From Candidatus Aerophobota bacterium (lineage in GTDB: Bacteria; Aerophobota; Aerophobia; Aerophobales; JAGGXI01): a DNA stretch of 38,549 bases. The DNA is taken from NCBI GenBank assembly GCA_034659655.1, contig JAYEHT010000251.1, positions 1-38,549 of the forward strand, in the 5' to 3' direction. The notes under the pieces were generated by a model. It was not told the origin of the DNA. It did no database searches and was given only the letters and a program-made list of their open reading frames with translations. Both the position numbers and the translations under genes were made by a program. Positions 10,511-20,416 of this stretch are shown here, in pieces. Within the stretch, counting starts at the first letter, position 1; every line of letters starts with the position of its first letter.

Positions 10511-10692
10511 TCTGTGGCTGAATAGTAATTAGTTTTGAATTTAGATATTTGAATTTAGGATTTGGTGCTTAGGATTTAGAATTTAGGGAGGTCTAAGCTT
10601 TATAGAAGCTAATCTACTACTTACATTCACTCTTTTAGGAAAACTAACCTATTACGGGAAAATTACATATTAATTGGAATGAGGAGATAGAG

Positions 10693-11835
10693 ATGGATTT
10701 TGAAATAAGCGATGAACAGAAAGTAATTTTAGATTTAGTAGAAGAAGTTTGTCGCAAAGAATTAGCTCCCTTGGCTGATGAAATTTCCCGGGAAGGAAAA
10801 TTTCCTGAGCAAAATATAAAAAAGTTAGCGGAGCTGGATTTATTTGGCATTACTGTTCCTGATGAATATGGGGGAGTAGGAATGGATTATCTCACCTGGA
10901 CCTTGATTACAGAGAAGATTTGCAAGGCTTGTGCTACTACGGGTTTAGTTTTTGGAGCAAACTTACTTTGCACATATCCTCTCTTGAAATTTGCAAGCGA
11001 GGAGCAAAAGAAGAAATTTCTTCCTTCCTTAGCTCAAGGTAAATCACTGGGTGCTTTTGCTTTAACTGAGCCAGAGGCAGGCTCGGATGCTGGAAATGTC
11101 CAAACTACAGCAAAAAAAGAGGAAGATGGTTATATTTTAAATGGAAACAAAATCTTCATTACTAACGGAGAAGTGGCCAATATCTATATTGTGATTGCTA
11201 ATGTAGATAAGCGGAGTGGAGCACGAGGATTAACTGCTTTTATTGTAGAAAAAGGAAGAAGAGGATTTACTTTTGGACAGCATTTTAAAAAAATGGGTCT
11301 TAATGCTTTGCCTAATGTGGAGTTAATTTTCGACAATTGTAGAGTCCCTCTAGATAATCTTCTATATAAAGAAAGAAGGGGATTTAGGATAGCTATGGAG
11401 ACCTTTGCTGCAGGAAGAATCGGGGTAGGGATAGGGGCTCTGGGGATAGCGGAGGCAGCCTTTGAGAAGGCAAAAGAGTACTCAAAACAGAGAGTGCAGT
11501 TTGGAAGACCTATTTCCAGCTTTCAGGCCGTTCAGCATGCCCTGGCTGATATGGCTACCCAGATAGAGGCAGCTAAACACTTACTTTATCAGGCAGCCTG
11601 GCTTTTAGACCACGGTAAACCTTTTGAGAAGATGGCTTCTATGGGAAAGCTTTATGCCTCAGAGACAGCAATGAAAGTATCTGCTAAAGCAGTTCAAATT
11701 TTTGGAGGATACGGTTATATGAAGGATTATCCTGTCGAGCGTTATATGAGAGAAGCTAAACTTTTTGAGATTATTGAAGGAACCTCGGAAATTCAAAGAG
11801 GAATTATTGCCAACCTGCTTTTTAAGGAAAAGTAA
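10693..11835 (+). CDS. Acyl-CoA dehydrogenase (Bcd/CarC-like)
   Basis: GAFALTEPEAGSDA, NGNKIFITNG, RVQFGRPI, QIFGGYGYM, catalytic IIEGTSEIQR. Confidence 0.95.
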   Translation: MDFEISDEQKVILDLVEEVCRKELAPLADEISREGKFPEQNIKKLAELDLFGITVPDEYGGVGMDYLTWTLITEKICKACATTGLVFGANLLCTYPLLKFASEEQKKKFLPSLAQGKSLGAFALTEPEAGSDAGNVQTTAKKEEDGYILNGNKIFITNGEVANIYIVIANVDKRSGARGLTAFIVEKGRRGFTFGQHFKKMGLNALPNVELIFDNCRVPLDNLLYKERRGFRIAMETFAAGRIGVGIGALGIAEAAFEKAKEYSKQRVQFGRPISSFQAVQHALADMATQIEAAKHLLYQAAWLLDHGKPFEKMASMGKLYASETAMKVSAKAVQIFGGYGYMKDYPVERYMREAKLFEIIEGTSEIQRGIIANLLFKEK

Positions 11836-12627
11836 ATGAATATCATTGTCTGCATTAAACAGGTTCCAAGTACAGAGGAATTACAAAAGGTAAGAATAAA
11901 TCGTGAGAATAACACTTTAATTAGAGAGGAGATCGAAAATATAATAAACCCTTTTGATGAAAATGCTATTGAAGAAGCTCTAAGGTTAAGAGAGAAAAAA
12001 GGGGGTAAGGTTGGAGTTATTTCTATGGGGCCTCCCCAGGCAAAGAGAGCTTTAGAAAGAGCTTTAGCTATGGGAGCAGATGAGGCTGTTCTTTTAAGTG
12101 AGGTCTCTTTTGCAGGGTCCGATACTCTGGCTACTTCTTACACTTTATCTATGGGGATTAGAAAGATGGGGAAATTCGACTTAATTTTATTAGGGAAGCA
12201 GGCTATCGATGGGGATACAGCACAGGTAGGGCCAGGATTAGCTGAATGGCTGAATCTACCTCAGATAACCTATGCTCGAAAAATAGAGATTAATAGCAAG
12301 AAGGTAATATCCGAAAGAAGCCTTGAGGATTCATTTGAGGTTGTGGAAGCTCCTCTTCCTGCTCTGGTTACCGTAACTAAAGAGATAAATGAGCCTCGTT
12401 ACCCTTCCTTAAAGGGAGTTCTTGAAGCAAAAAAGAAGAGGATAACTGTATGGAAATCGGACGATTTAAAGCTGGATAAAAGAAGGATAGGGTTAAATGG
12501 TTCTCCTACTCAGGTAATCAGAATTTTTACTCCCCAATCTCCCGAGAAGGGTGAGATTTTATCAGGAGAAATTTCAGAGGTAGCTGATAAGTTAATTAAA
12601 CGCTTAGAAAAAAAGAAAATTATTTAA
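11836..12627 (+). CDS. etfB: Electron transfer flavoprotein beta subunit
   Basis: IIVCIKQVP, INPFDENAIE, AGSDTLATS, GKQAIDGDTAQVGP, INEPRYPS. Confidence 0.96.
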   Translation: MNIIVCIKQVPSTEELQKVRINRENNTLIREEIENIINPFDENAIEEALRLREKKGGKVGVISMGPPQAKRALERALAMGADEAVLLSEVSFAGSDTLATSYTLSMGIRKMGKFDLILLGKQAIDGDTAQVGPGLAEWLNLPQITYARKIEINSKKVISERSLEDSFEVVEAPLPALVTVTKEINEPRYPSLKGVLEAKKKRITVWKSDDLKLDKRRIGLNGSPTQVIRIFTPQSPEKGEILSGEISEVADKLIKRLEKKKII

Positions 12628-12631
12628 GTTT

Positions 12632-12872
12632 TCTTGATAGCAATAAGAAAGTATTAGATTTCAGGGGATTTATATAGGTATCGAGGGACTTTTCCCGAAG
12701 GAGCCTTATAGGAGCTACCTTAACGAGCCTTCGAGTTGAGGAAAAAGAAAAAATTTATGTTTGAGGAGCGAAGCGAGGAGTTTAAATTTTTCCCGTAGCT
12801 AAGAAGACGAGCAGAAATAATTCAAAGCGGATATACTCTGGCGGTGAGGAAAGAGTCCCGAGATATTCTTGA
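12632..12872. repeat. About 240-bp self-complementary intergenic element (MITE-like or structured RNA), full copy
   Basis: tcgagggacttttcc pairs with ggaaagagtcccga. Internal aaaaattta-tgtttgaggagcgaagcgaggagt-ttaaattttt hairpin. Both ends recur at 36080-36155. Confidence 0.7.
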
Positions 12873-12884
12873 AGGAGCTACTTA

Positions 12885-14087
12885 GTGGAAGGAATTAAAG
12901 TAATACAGGAGAAGTGCACCGGGTGCAAGAAGTGTGTCCCTGCCTGTCCCTTTTCTGCTATTAAAATGGAGAATAAAAAGGCAAAAATACTTTCCAATTG
13001 TAATCTTTGTGGCGCTTGTGTAGATGTTTGCCCTTATGAGGCTATTTTGATAGAAAAAAGAGAGGTAAAGGTAGACGCCTCTTCTTATAGAGGTGTATGG
13101 GTGTTTGCTGAGCAGCGTGAAGGAAAAATAATGCCGGTAACCTATGAGCTTTTGGGAGTGGGGCGGAAATTGGCTGATATATTGGGCGAGGAGCTTTCCG
13201 CTTTTCTTTTGGGAAATGATATGGGAAAAGAAGCTGGCAGATTGCTTTATTATAATGTAGATAGAGTTTATTTAGTAGAAGATAAGATACTCAAGGTTTA
13301 TAGAACTCTTCCTTATACACAAGCTATAGTAGATTTGGTGAGAAAAAACTTTCCCGAAATTATTCTTATGGGAGCTACGAGCATAGGAAGGGACCTTGCT
13401 CCCAGGGTAGCTACTCGCTTGAGGACTGGATTGACAGCTGATTGTACGGGTTTGGAGATAGATAGAAAGGAGAAAAGTCTCATTCAGACTCGCCCTGCGT
13501 TTGGGGGCAATATTATGGCTACCATAGTTTCAGCTCACTCGCGCCCTCAAATAGCTACAGTAAGAGCTAAGGTAATGAAGAAACCCGAGCTCCTCAAGAG
13601 GAAAAGTAAGGGAAAAGTTATCAAAATTAAGCCTCACTTTACTCAAAAAGATAAAATTTTAGAAGTTATTAAATTAATTAAAGAAGAAAGAGAAGTAGAA
13701 GATTTACAGGAAGCAGAGATAATTGTTTCCGGGGGAAGAGGTTTAGGAAAAGCGGAAAATTTTTCTCTTATAAGGGAATTATCTGGGCTTTTAGGAGGAG
13801 CGGTAGGAGCCTCACGAGCGGTAGTAGATGCGGGATGGATTCCTTCTTATCACCAGGTAGGACAGACAGGAAAGACAGTGCAGCCTAAATTATATATTGC
13901 CTGTGGTATTTCGGGAGCTATTCAACATCAGGTAGGAATGAGAACTTCTGAGGTTATTGTAGCTATAAATAAAGACCCTAATGCTCCTATTTTTAATATT
14001 GCTACCTATGGAATTGTAGAGGACCTTCACAAGTTTCTTCCTTTATTAATAAAAAAGATAAAAGAGAAGAAAGATGTTTTCTCGTAA
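12885..14087 (+). CDS. etfA: Electron transfer flavoprotein alpha subunit with an N-terminal 2x[4Fe-4S] ferredoxin domain
   Basis: CTGCKKCVPACP and CNLCGACVDVCP, then TGLTADCT, RPAFGGNI, VSGGRG, GASRAVVD, QVGQTGKTV, GISGAIQH. Confidence 0.95.
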   Translation: MEGIKVIQEKCTGCKKCVPACPFSAIKMENKKAKILSNCNLCGACVDVCPYEAILIEKREVKVDASSYRGVWVFAEQREGKIMPVTYELLGVGRKLADILGEELSAFLLGNDMGKEAGRLLYYNVDRVYLVEDKILKVYRTLPYTQAIVDLVRKNFPEIILMGATSIGRDLAPRVATRLRTGLTADCTGLEIDRKEKSLIQTRPAFGGNIMATIVSAHSRPQIATVRAKVMKKPELLKRKSKGKVIKIKPHFTQKDKILEVIKLIKEEREVEDLQEAEIIVSGGRGLGKAENFSLIRELSGLLGGAVGASRAVVDAGWIPSYHQVGQTGKTVQPKLYIACGISGAIQHQVGMRTSEVIVAINKDPNAPIFNIATYGIVEDLHKFLPLLIKKIKEKKDVFS

Positions 14088-14739
14088 CTTAACAGAAAAA
14101 GAGATAAAAATGATTAAGCTTATAGATAATTTTGTTAAAGATAAACACGCCAAATGTTTAGGACATGATTATTCTCATGTTCTTGAAGTTACTCGCTATG
14201 CTATTAAAATTGCTCAGAGAGTTCCTTATCCCGTGGATCCTTTCGTCCTTATTTGCGGAGCTCTTCTTCACGATTTAGGTAGAGTTGGTGTTCCCACAGG
14301 GATTATGCATGGATTAAGGGGGGCTACTTTGGCAGAGCAGTTTCTTCAGGCAAGTTGGGAGGATGAAGAAGCAAACGGAAAGATATTAAGGATTGTCACT
14401 CGTCATACCCCTACCTCACATATACCTCCAGAGTCTGTGGAGGAAAAAATAGTCTTCGATGCAGATACCCTGGATAGATTTGGTATAATTGGCATTTTAA
14501 GAGGAATAATGGGTAAAATAGGTTCTATCAAAGAAATTATAGAAGGAGTAATTGCTAAAAGGAGCAGAGATTATAATTCATTGATATTTGAGGAAAGTAA
14601 AGAAATAGGAAGAGAATCTTACGAAGATTCCTTGTATTTGTTAAGGAAGTCAAGAGAATCTTTAAGAAAGCGATGTAAAGAAGTGAAAGAATTATCTCTT
14701 CCTGATGATTGCTGTAGGAAAAGTGACAAGATAAAATAA
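14074..14739 (+). CDS. HD-domain metal-dependent phosphohydrolase
   Basis: GHDYSH, ALLHDLGR (HD), HGLRGA, RH, DADTLDRFG. Overlaps the etfA stop. Confidence 0.88.
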   Translation: MFSRNLTEKEIKMIKLIDNFVKDKHAKCLGHDYSHVLEVTRYAIKIAQRVPYPVDPFVLICGALLHDLGRVGVPTGIMHGLRGATLAEQFLQASWEDEEANGKILRIVTRHTPTSHIPPESVEEKIVFDADTLDRFGIIGILRGIMGKIGSIKEIIEGVIAKRSRDYNSLIFEESKEIGRESYEDSLYLLRKSRESLRKRCKEVKELSLPDDCCRKSDKIK

Positions 14740-14743
14740 GAAA

Positions 14744-15934
14744 GTGAGAAAAGAAGAGATTCTTAAAGAAGCAGAAGAATATATTTTTTCTACCGGCTTG
14801 AACGATAGCGGGAGTAAGCTATGTAAGGCTAATATGAAGTGGGGATTGGCTAAGATAAATTATTGGCAGGAGATTTTAGGCGTCTCTCCCAAAGCTACTT
14901 TTATTTCTACTCCTGATATGACGATTACTCGAAATACTTCCCGTTGGAAGAGTGGTTTTGGTTATGGAGGAAAAATTAGCTGGGGAGAGGGAAAAGAAGA
15001 ATTTATTGTTTTGGATACTAAACCTAATGCTTGCGGAATGCTGGTGGGAGGGTTAGAGAATTTTCCTGAGGAAGAGGAGATTCTGGAAAGAACGAGGCTT
15101 TTTCAGAAAGAGAGACACTTTATTCAAAAAGCAGAAGTAAAATGGGATTTTAGCGAGGGTAATCATTTTATTGATATTTTCTCTGTTAAACCAGGAAGCG
15201 AAGTTAAATTACCTCCTTATATTTTTATTATTCATGGGTCTGCCGGAGAATTGAAACAGAAGAGTCCTTTAGGATGGGGTCTTTATTATGATAAGTCCCC
15301 TTCTCTTGAGAAGGAAGCAGAGATTGTGGATACTCCCTTTGGTCCTTTACATATTTTAGAGGGAGAAAAAGCAAGGAAATATTTTGAGCTTTATCAATTT
15401 GCTGACCAATTTTCTAAAAAAAGGAGAGAATTAACTGCAAAAAAGCTCTTTGGGGATTATCAGCTAATTTTTAATGAAACCCATCAGGGTCTTTTAAATT
15501 ATAATGAGATTTTGTTAGGGTCTCATTATATAGAATCGGAAGATAAGTTGTATCCCCTGACTTTACGTGGTGATTTACCGGCCTATTTATTAAAAGGAAA
15601 GAAGAATTTAAGCTCGAAAAGCATTGAAAATTTAGGGTTTGAAAAAAGGGCTAAAAGATTAAAAGTGTATCATAGATTAAGAAAAGCTAATCTTATTCCT
15701 CATGGAGGAGGTTATACCTTTCCTCATCTTTTAAATGTAGATGAGATTTATGAAATAAAAGATAGAAGATATTTTAAAGTGGATGTAGCTAATGATCGGG
15801 GGAAGCAGATTTTTTTCAGTGCTCGTGATGTTCCCTATGCATATCGAGGAAGAGAAGTAGTTTTAAAGGCACTGGAACTGGGATTAGGGGAAATAGCGGC
15901 AAAGCTCATCCCCTTATATGTATTGAAGGTATAA
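14744..15934 (+). CDS. Divergent RtcB-like (3'-phosphate/5'-OH nucleic acid ligase fold) protein
   Basis: RtcB-like motifs in canonical order: TPD, GFGYGG, NACG, GNHFID, IHGS, HQ, PHGGG (equivalent to HGAGR), PYAYR (equivalent to PxAYK), terminal LKV. Confidence 0.75.
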   Translation: MRKEEILKEAEEYIFSTGLNDSGSKLCKANMKWGLAKINYWQEILGVSPKATFISTPDMTITRNTSRWKSGFGYGGKISWGEGKEEFIVLDTKPNACGMLVGGLENFPEEEEILERTRLFQKERHFIQKAEVKWDFSEGNHFIDIFSVKPGSEVKLPPYIFIIHGSAGELKQKSPLGWGLYYDKSPSLEKEAEIVDTPFGPLHILEGEKARKYFELYQFADQFSKKRRELTAKKLFGDYQLIFNETHQGLLNYNEILLGSHYIESEDKLYPLTLRGDLPAYLLKGKKNLSSKSIENLGFEKRAKRLKVYHRLRKANLIPHGGGYTFPHLLNVDEIYEIKDRRYFKVDVANDRGKQIFFSARDVPYAYRGREVVLKALELGLGEIAAKLIPLYVLKV

Positions 15935-15935
15935 A

Positions 15936-17174
15936 ATGAGTTTTATTGCTGATTTTCATGTTCACTCCAGGTATAGTCGGGCTACTTCGAAAGATATGGA
16001 TATCCCGCATATAGATAGGATAGCGAGATTAAAAGGGATTAATCTTGTAGGAACGGGGGATTTTACTCATCCACTCTGGTTAAATGATTTAAAAAATGCT
16101 CTTACTCCTCTTGGAAATGGGCTTTACAGATGGGGAGCTACTTTTTTTATGTTGACAGCTGAGGTTAACAATGTATTCTATAAAAAGGGAAGAAATAGAA
16201 AGATACACAATATAATCTTTGCTCCTGATTTTAAGGTAGTAGAAAAGGTAAATAAAGAGATAGGAAAATTTGGAGACCTATTTTCTGATGGCCGCCCTAC
16301 TTTAAATATGGAAGCAAAACATCTTATAGAGGTAGTGCTGGGAGTTAGTGAAAAGGCTTTTGTTGTTCCTGCTCATATCTGGACGCCCTGGTTTTCTCTG
16401 TTTGGAGCTAACTCTGGTTTTGATTCTATTGAGGAGTGCTTCGGGGATTATACTAAGTATATTTATGCTCTGGAAACAGGGTTAAGTAGTGACCCGGCAA
16501 TGAATTGGCGAGTTTCCAATTTAGATAAATTTACTCTTATCTCTAATTCTGATGCTCACTCTCCCTCTAAATTGGGAAGGGAGGCTAATGTTTTTTCTCA
16601 GAAGCTAGATTATGAAGAAATTAGAAACGTCTTCAAAGAAAAAGACAAAGATAAATTTATTTATACTATTGAATTCTTTCCCCAGGAGGGGAAATATCAT
16701 TATGATGGTCATCGTCGATGTGGCCTCTCTTTTTCTCCTGAAGAAAGCAGAAAATGTAGAAATCGTTGTCCCAAATGTGGGCAAGCTTTAACTGTGGGCG
16801 TGATGCACAGAGTAGAGGATTTAGGAGATAAGGAAAAAGGATTTACTCCTCCCGGGACTATTCCCTTTAAACGTATTATTCCCCTGAAGGAGATAATTGC
16901 CAAAGTTTTAAATCAAGGGGTAGATACTAAAGGGGTGAAGGAGAAGTATAGAGAAATTGTTCAGCAGTTGGGAGGAGAGTTTTATGTACTTTTAAATGCT
17001 CCTTACGAGGAGTTAACCCGCTTTATCTCTCCTAAAATTGCTGAGGGAGTAATGCGCGTAAGAGAGGGGAGAGTAAAGATAAAATGCGGTTATGATGGAG
17101 TTTACGGAGAGATTAATATATTTAGCGAAGAAGAAGAAAAGAAAGAAAAAGGAGAACAGCTTAATTTATTTTAA
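15936..17174 (+). CDS. Endonuclease Q family (PHP domain + Zn ribbon) DNA repair protein
   Basis: DFHVHSRYSRATS, GTGDFTHP, PAHIWTPWFS, ETGLSSD, SNSDAHS, GKYHYDGHRRC, CPKCG, GYDGVYG. Confidence 0.92.
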   Translation: MSFIADFHVHSRYSRATSKDMDIPHIDRIARLKGINLVGTGDFTHPLWLNDLKNALTPLGNGLYRWGATFFMLTAEVNNVFYKKGRNRKIHNIIFAPDFKVVEKVNKEIGKFGDLFSDGRPTLNMEAKHLIEVVLGVSEKAFVVPAHIWTPWFSLFGANSGFDSIEECFGDYTKYIYALETGLSSDPAMNWRVSNLDKFTLISNSDAHSPSKLGREANVFSQKLDYEEIRNVFKEKDKDKFIYTIEFFPQEGKYHYDGHRRCGLSFSPEESRKCRNRCPKCGQALTVGVMHRVEDLGDKEKGFTPPGTIPFKRIIPLKEIIAKVLNQGVDTKGVKEKYREIVQQLGGEFYVLLNAPYEELTRFISPKIAEGVMRVREGRVKIKCGYDGVYGEINIFSEEEEKKEKGEQLNLF

Positions 17175-17191
17175 TGGAGATTTAATAGAAG

Positions 17192-18424
17192 ATGCAAAAT
17201 AATGAGCTTTCTTTTATTTTAGAAAATATTGGGAAGGAAAGAGGCCTTTCTTCTGAGATGTTATTAGAAAGCCTTAAACGAGCCTTAGCCTCTGCCTATA
17301 AGAAAAAATACAATCAGATGCCTCAAGATCTGCAGGTGGTTTTAGATAAAGAAAAAGGGGGACTTAAAGCCTTCGCAAGTAAAGAAGTAGTGGAAAAGGT
17401 AAAAAATGTTGGAGGAGAGGTATCTTTAAAGGAAGCAAAAAAAATTAATAAAGAAGTAAAGTTAGGTGAGAAGATAGAGATAGAAGTAGACCCTCTCCAT
17501 TTTAGTAGAATTGCTGCGAGTACAGGTAAATATGTGATGATGCAGCAAATTGCAGAAATGGAGAAAGACCTTATTTATGAAGAGTTTAAAAAGAAGGAAG
17601 GAGAGATAATCAGTGGGACAGTGCGTTATCGAACTGACCATTTTATCCTTATTGATTTGGGCAAAATAGAGGCAGTACTTCCTAAAAAGGAGCAGCTACC
17701 TGATAGGGAATATAAACAGGGAGAGCGAGTAAGAGCTTATGTATTACGAGTTACTCGAGAGCTCAAGGGTCCCCGGATTATCCTTTCTCAAACGCATCCT
17801 AACTTTCTAAGGAGACTCTTTGAGTTGGAGGTTCCCGAAATTACAGAGGGAATTGTTAATATTAAACAGATAAAGCGGGATGCGGGTAGGAGAGCAAAGG
17901 TAGTGGTAGAGTCTAAAGAAGAAAAAGTGGATGCAGTGGGAGCCTGTGTTGGGGTCAGGGGTTCTCGTATTAAAGCTATTTTGCGAGAACTTCAAAGAGA
18001 AAAACTCGATATTATAAGATATAGTGAGGATCCTGCTGTTTTTATAAAGAATTCCCTGAAACCAGCGCAAGTTAAAGAAGTTAAACTTGATGAGATTAAG
18101 AAAGAGGCAAAAGCTATCGTTTCTGATGACCAGCTTTCTTTAGCTATCGGAAGCGGTGGGGGGAATGTGAAATTAGCAGCGAAATTAACTGGATGGCAAA
18201 TTGATGTGCGTTCTGTTGGACAAATAGAAAAGGAGGTAGCTTTTTTAAGAAATCTTCCCGGCGTAGGAGAAAAGATTTTAGTTTTTCTTAAGCAAGCCGG
18301 TTTCTTAACGGGTAAAGATATTTTGAGAGGAGGGGTTGAGGGATTGTGCGAAGTTCCAGGAATCGGCCCCAGGATAGCGGAGAAGATTATAAAAAAAGTT
18401 AGAGAAACAGAAGATAAATCTTAG
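17192..18424 (+). CDS. nusA: Transcription termination/antitermination factor NusA
   Basis: S1 domain, LFELEVPEI, VGACVGVRGSRI, QLSLAIG..G.NVKLAAKLTGW, C-terminal HhH repeats. Confidence 0.97.
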   Translation: MQNNELSFILENIGKERGLSSEMLLESLKRALASAYKKKYNQMPQDLQVVLDKEKGGLKAFASKEVVEKVKNVGGEVSLKEAKKINKEVKLGEKIEIEVDPLHFSRIAASTGKYVMMQQIAEMEKDLIYEEFKKKEGEIISGTVRYRTDHFILIDLGKIEAVLPKKEQLPDREYKQGERVRAYVLRVTRELKGPRIILSQTHPNFLRRLFELEVPEITEGIVNIKQIKRDAGRRAKVVVESKEEKVDAVGACVGVRGSRIKAILRELQREKLDIIRYSEDPAVFIKNSLKPAQVKEVKLDEIKKEAKAIVSDDQLSLAIGSGGGNVKLAAKLTGWQIDVRSVGQIEKEVAFLRNLPGVGEKILVFLKQAGFLTGKDILRGGVEGLCEVPGIGPRIAEKIIKKVRETEDKS

Positions 18425-18442
18425 TATAGTAAAGGAAAGGGA

Positions 18443-20122
18443 ATGATGAGGGTTTATGAGCTAGCAAGGAAATTAAATTTATCCAGTAAAGAATTGTTTA
18501 AGGTTTTTCCAAAATTGGGAATTAAAGCTAAAAGTAATCTCAGTGGTCTCTCATCTGAGGAGGTGAAGAAAATAGAGGAGGTGATATTGGCAAAGAAACC
18601 CTCCGGCAAAAAGGAAGAGGTATTTCCTCCTCGTGCTCCTGTAGTAACCCTTTTAGGACATGTAGACCATGGGAAAACCTCTCTTTTAGATGCTATACGC
18701 AAGACAGCAACAGCTAAAAAAGAGGTAGGGGGGATTACTCAAAGAATAGGAGCTTCGGAAATAGAATTTCAGGATAAGAGGATTGTATTTATTGATACTC
18801 CCGGGCATGAAGCTTTTACTGCTATGCGCGCCCACGGAGCTCGGGTTACCGATATTGCTTTATTGGTAATAGCAGCGGATGATGGTGTTATGCCTCAAAC
18901 TGTAGAAGCGATTAATCATGCGCGAGCAGCTGAAGTGCCTGTTATAGTAACTATAAATAAAATAGACAAGAGTAAAGCTAATCCGAAACGAGTAAAGAAA
19001 CAGTTAACTAAATACGATTTAACTCCTGAAGAGTGGGGGGGAGAAAACATCTGTGTAGAGGTTTCTGCTTTAAAGAGGCAGGGGCTGGATGATCTATTGG
19101 AGATGATTCTTTTGGAAGCAGAGCTATTGGAGCTAAAAGGTGAGCCTGATGGAGAGCTTGAGGCAGTAGTAATAGAAGGAGAGTTAAACAGACAGAAAGG
19201 CCCCTCCTCTACTTTATTGATTCAAAAAGGGACACTTCATATTGGGGATGTTTTGATAGGGGAAGATATTTATGGTAAGGTGAGAGCTTTGATCAATTGG
19301 AAAAATGAGAGATTGAAAAAAGCAGGACCTTCCACAGCAGTGAGAGTTTTTGGGCTTTCTGGTGTAGGAAAACCGGGGGATATTTTCAAAAAGGTGAGAA
19401 ACGAGAAAAAGGCGCGTCAATTAGCTAAAAAGGCTGAAGAAGAGAAGCGAAAAAAGAGTTTAAGGAAGAGGGATGTAGTGGATTTGGAAACTTTTTATAA
19501 ACAGGAGGTGGAGGAGAAAAAAGAGTTAAATCTTATTCTGAAAGCAGATGCCCATGGCACTTTAAGGGCTGTTTCTGATGCGTTAAACAATTTAGAGAAT
19601 GAGGATGTAAAGATAGCTATTCTTCATGAGGGAGTAGGAGAGGTGAAAAGATCGGATATTCTCTTAGCTTCTACTTCAAGGGGAATGATTATCGGTTTTA
19701 ATATTGAAGTAACTCCAGAAAATTTAGCCCTGGCTAAAGAAGAAGACGTTAAGATACAAAATTATCAGATTATATATCAAATTATAGATGATGTTAAAAA
19801 GCTTCTTCAGGGTTTCCTCCAGCCTAAATATGAAGAGGTAATTATAGGAAAGGTGGAAGTTAGAGATATTTTCAATATTCCTAAGGTAGGGGTAGTGGCT
19901 GGTTCTTATGTTACCGAGGGAAAAGTAGTTAAAAGGAGTAAAGTAAAGATTTTAAGGGAAGATAAAGCTGTAGGAGAAGGAGTTATCAGTAGTCTTAAGC
20001 GCTTTAATCAGAATGTAAATGAAGTTCGAGCAGGATTGGAATGCGGAATAAATATAGAAGAGTTCAGCAGAATGAAAAAGGGTGATCTGATAGAGGTCTA
20101 CGAGTTAAAGAAAATAAATTAA
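18443..20122 (+). CDS. infB: Translation initiation factor IF-2 (short, 559 aa)
   Basis: IF2_[41 protein letters not shown]...ECGI. Confidence 0.97.
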   Translation: MMRVYELARKLNLSSKELFKVFPKLGIKAKSNLSGLSSEEVKKIEEVILAKKPSGKKEEVFPPRAPVVTLLGHVDHGKTSLLDAIRKTATAKKEVGGITQRIGASEIEFQDKRIVFIDTPGHEAFTAMRAHGARVTDIALLVIAADDGVMPQTVEAINHARAAEVPVIVTINKIDKSKANPKRVKKQLTKYDLTPEEWGGENICVEVSALKRQGLDDLLEMILLEAELLELKGEPDGELEAVVIEGELNRQKGPSSTLLIQKGTLHIGDVLIGEDIYGKVRALINWKNERLKKAGPSTAVRVFGLSGVGKPGDIFKKVRNEKKARQLAKKAEEEKRKKSLRKRDVVDLETFYKQEVEEKKELNLILKADAHGTLRAVSDALNNLENEDVKIAILHEGVGEVKRSDILLASTSRGMIIGFNIEVTPENLALAKEEDVKIQNYQIIYQIIDDVKKLLQGFLQPKYEEVIIGKVEVRDIFNIPKVGVVAGSYVTEGKVVKRSKVKILREDKAVGEGVISSLKRFNQNVNEVRAGLECGINIEEFSRMKKGDLIEVYELKKIN

Positions 20123-20125
20123 AAG

Positions 20126-20407
20126 ATGGTTATAGGTATTTTGGAAGTGGATGTCCAATTATTTTATAGCAATTCTTTAAAGGATAAACGTCGTATTGTA
20201 AAAAGTTTAATCGCTCGTCTGAAGAATAATTTTAATATCTCTGTTTCTGAAGTTGCATATCAGAATCTATGGAGAAAAACAAAATTAGGGATAGCTTTTT
20301 TAACGATGGAAGAAAAATTTGCTCAAAATGTCCTTTCTGAGATTATCAGGTTTATCCACAAGGAGAAGAGGATTTCCCTTACCACCTCAAAGATGGAGAT
20401 AATATAA
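20126..20407 (+). CDS. DUF503 (YlxP-like) protein
   Basis: SLKDKRRIVKSL...FNISVSEV..Q.LW; canonical position after infB. Confidence 0.88.
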   Translation: MVIGILEVDVQLFYSNSLKDKRRIVKSLIARLKNNFNISVSEVAYQNLWRKTKLGIAFLTMEEKFAQNVLSEIIRFIHKEKRISLTTSKMEII

Positions 20408-20416
20408 AGGGAGAAG

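Larger units (their letters stand above)
10292..10584. mobile_element. Nested palindromic element: heptamer-repeat arms enclosing a GTAACTATT-ended element that itself contains a REP-like hairpin
   Basis: Outer arms aaattccaaattctaatatctaaatcctaa / ttaggatttggtgcttaggatttagaattt. Inner gtaactatttaacc(10396)...ggctgaatagtaat(10529). Innermost taaaccccgttagat...atctaatggggtaaa (10473-10510). Confidence 0.6.
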
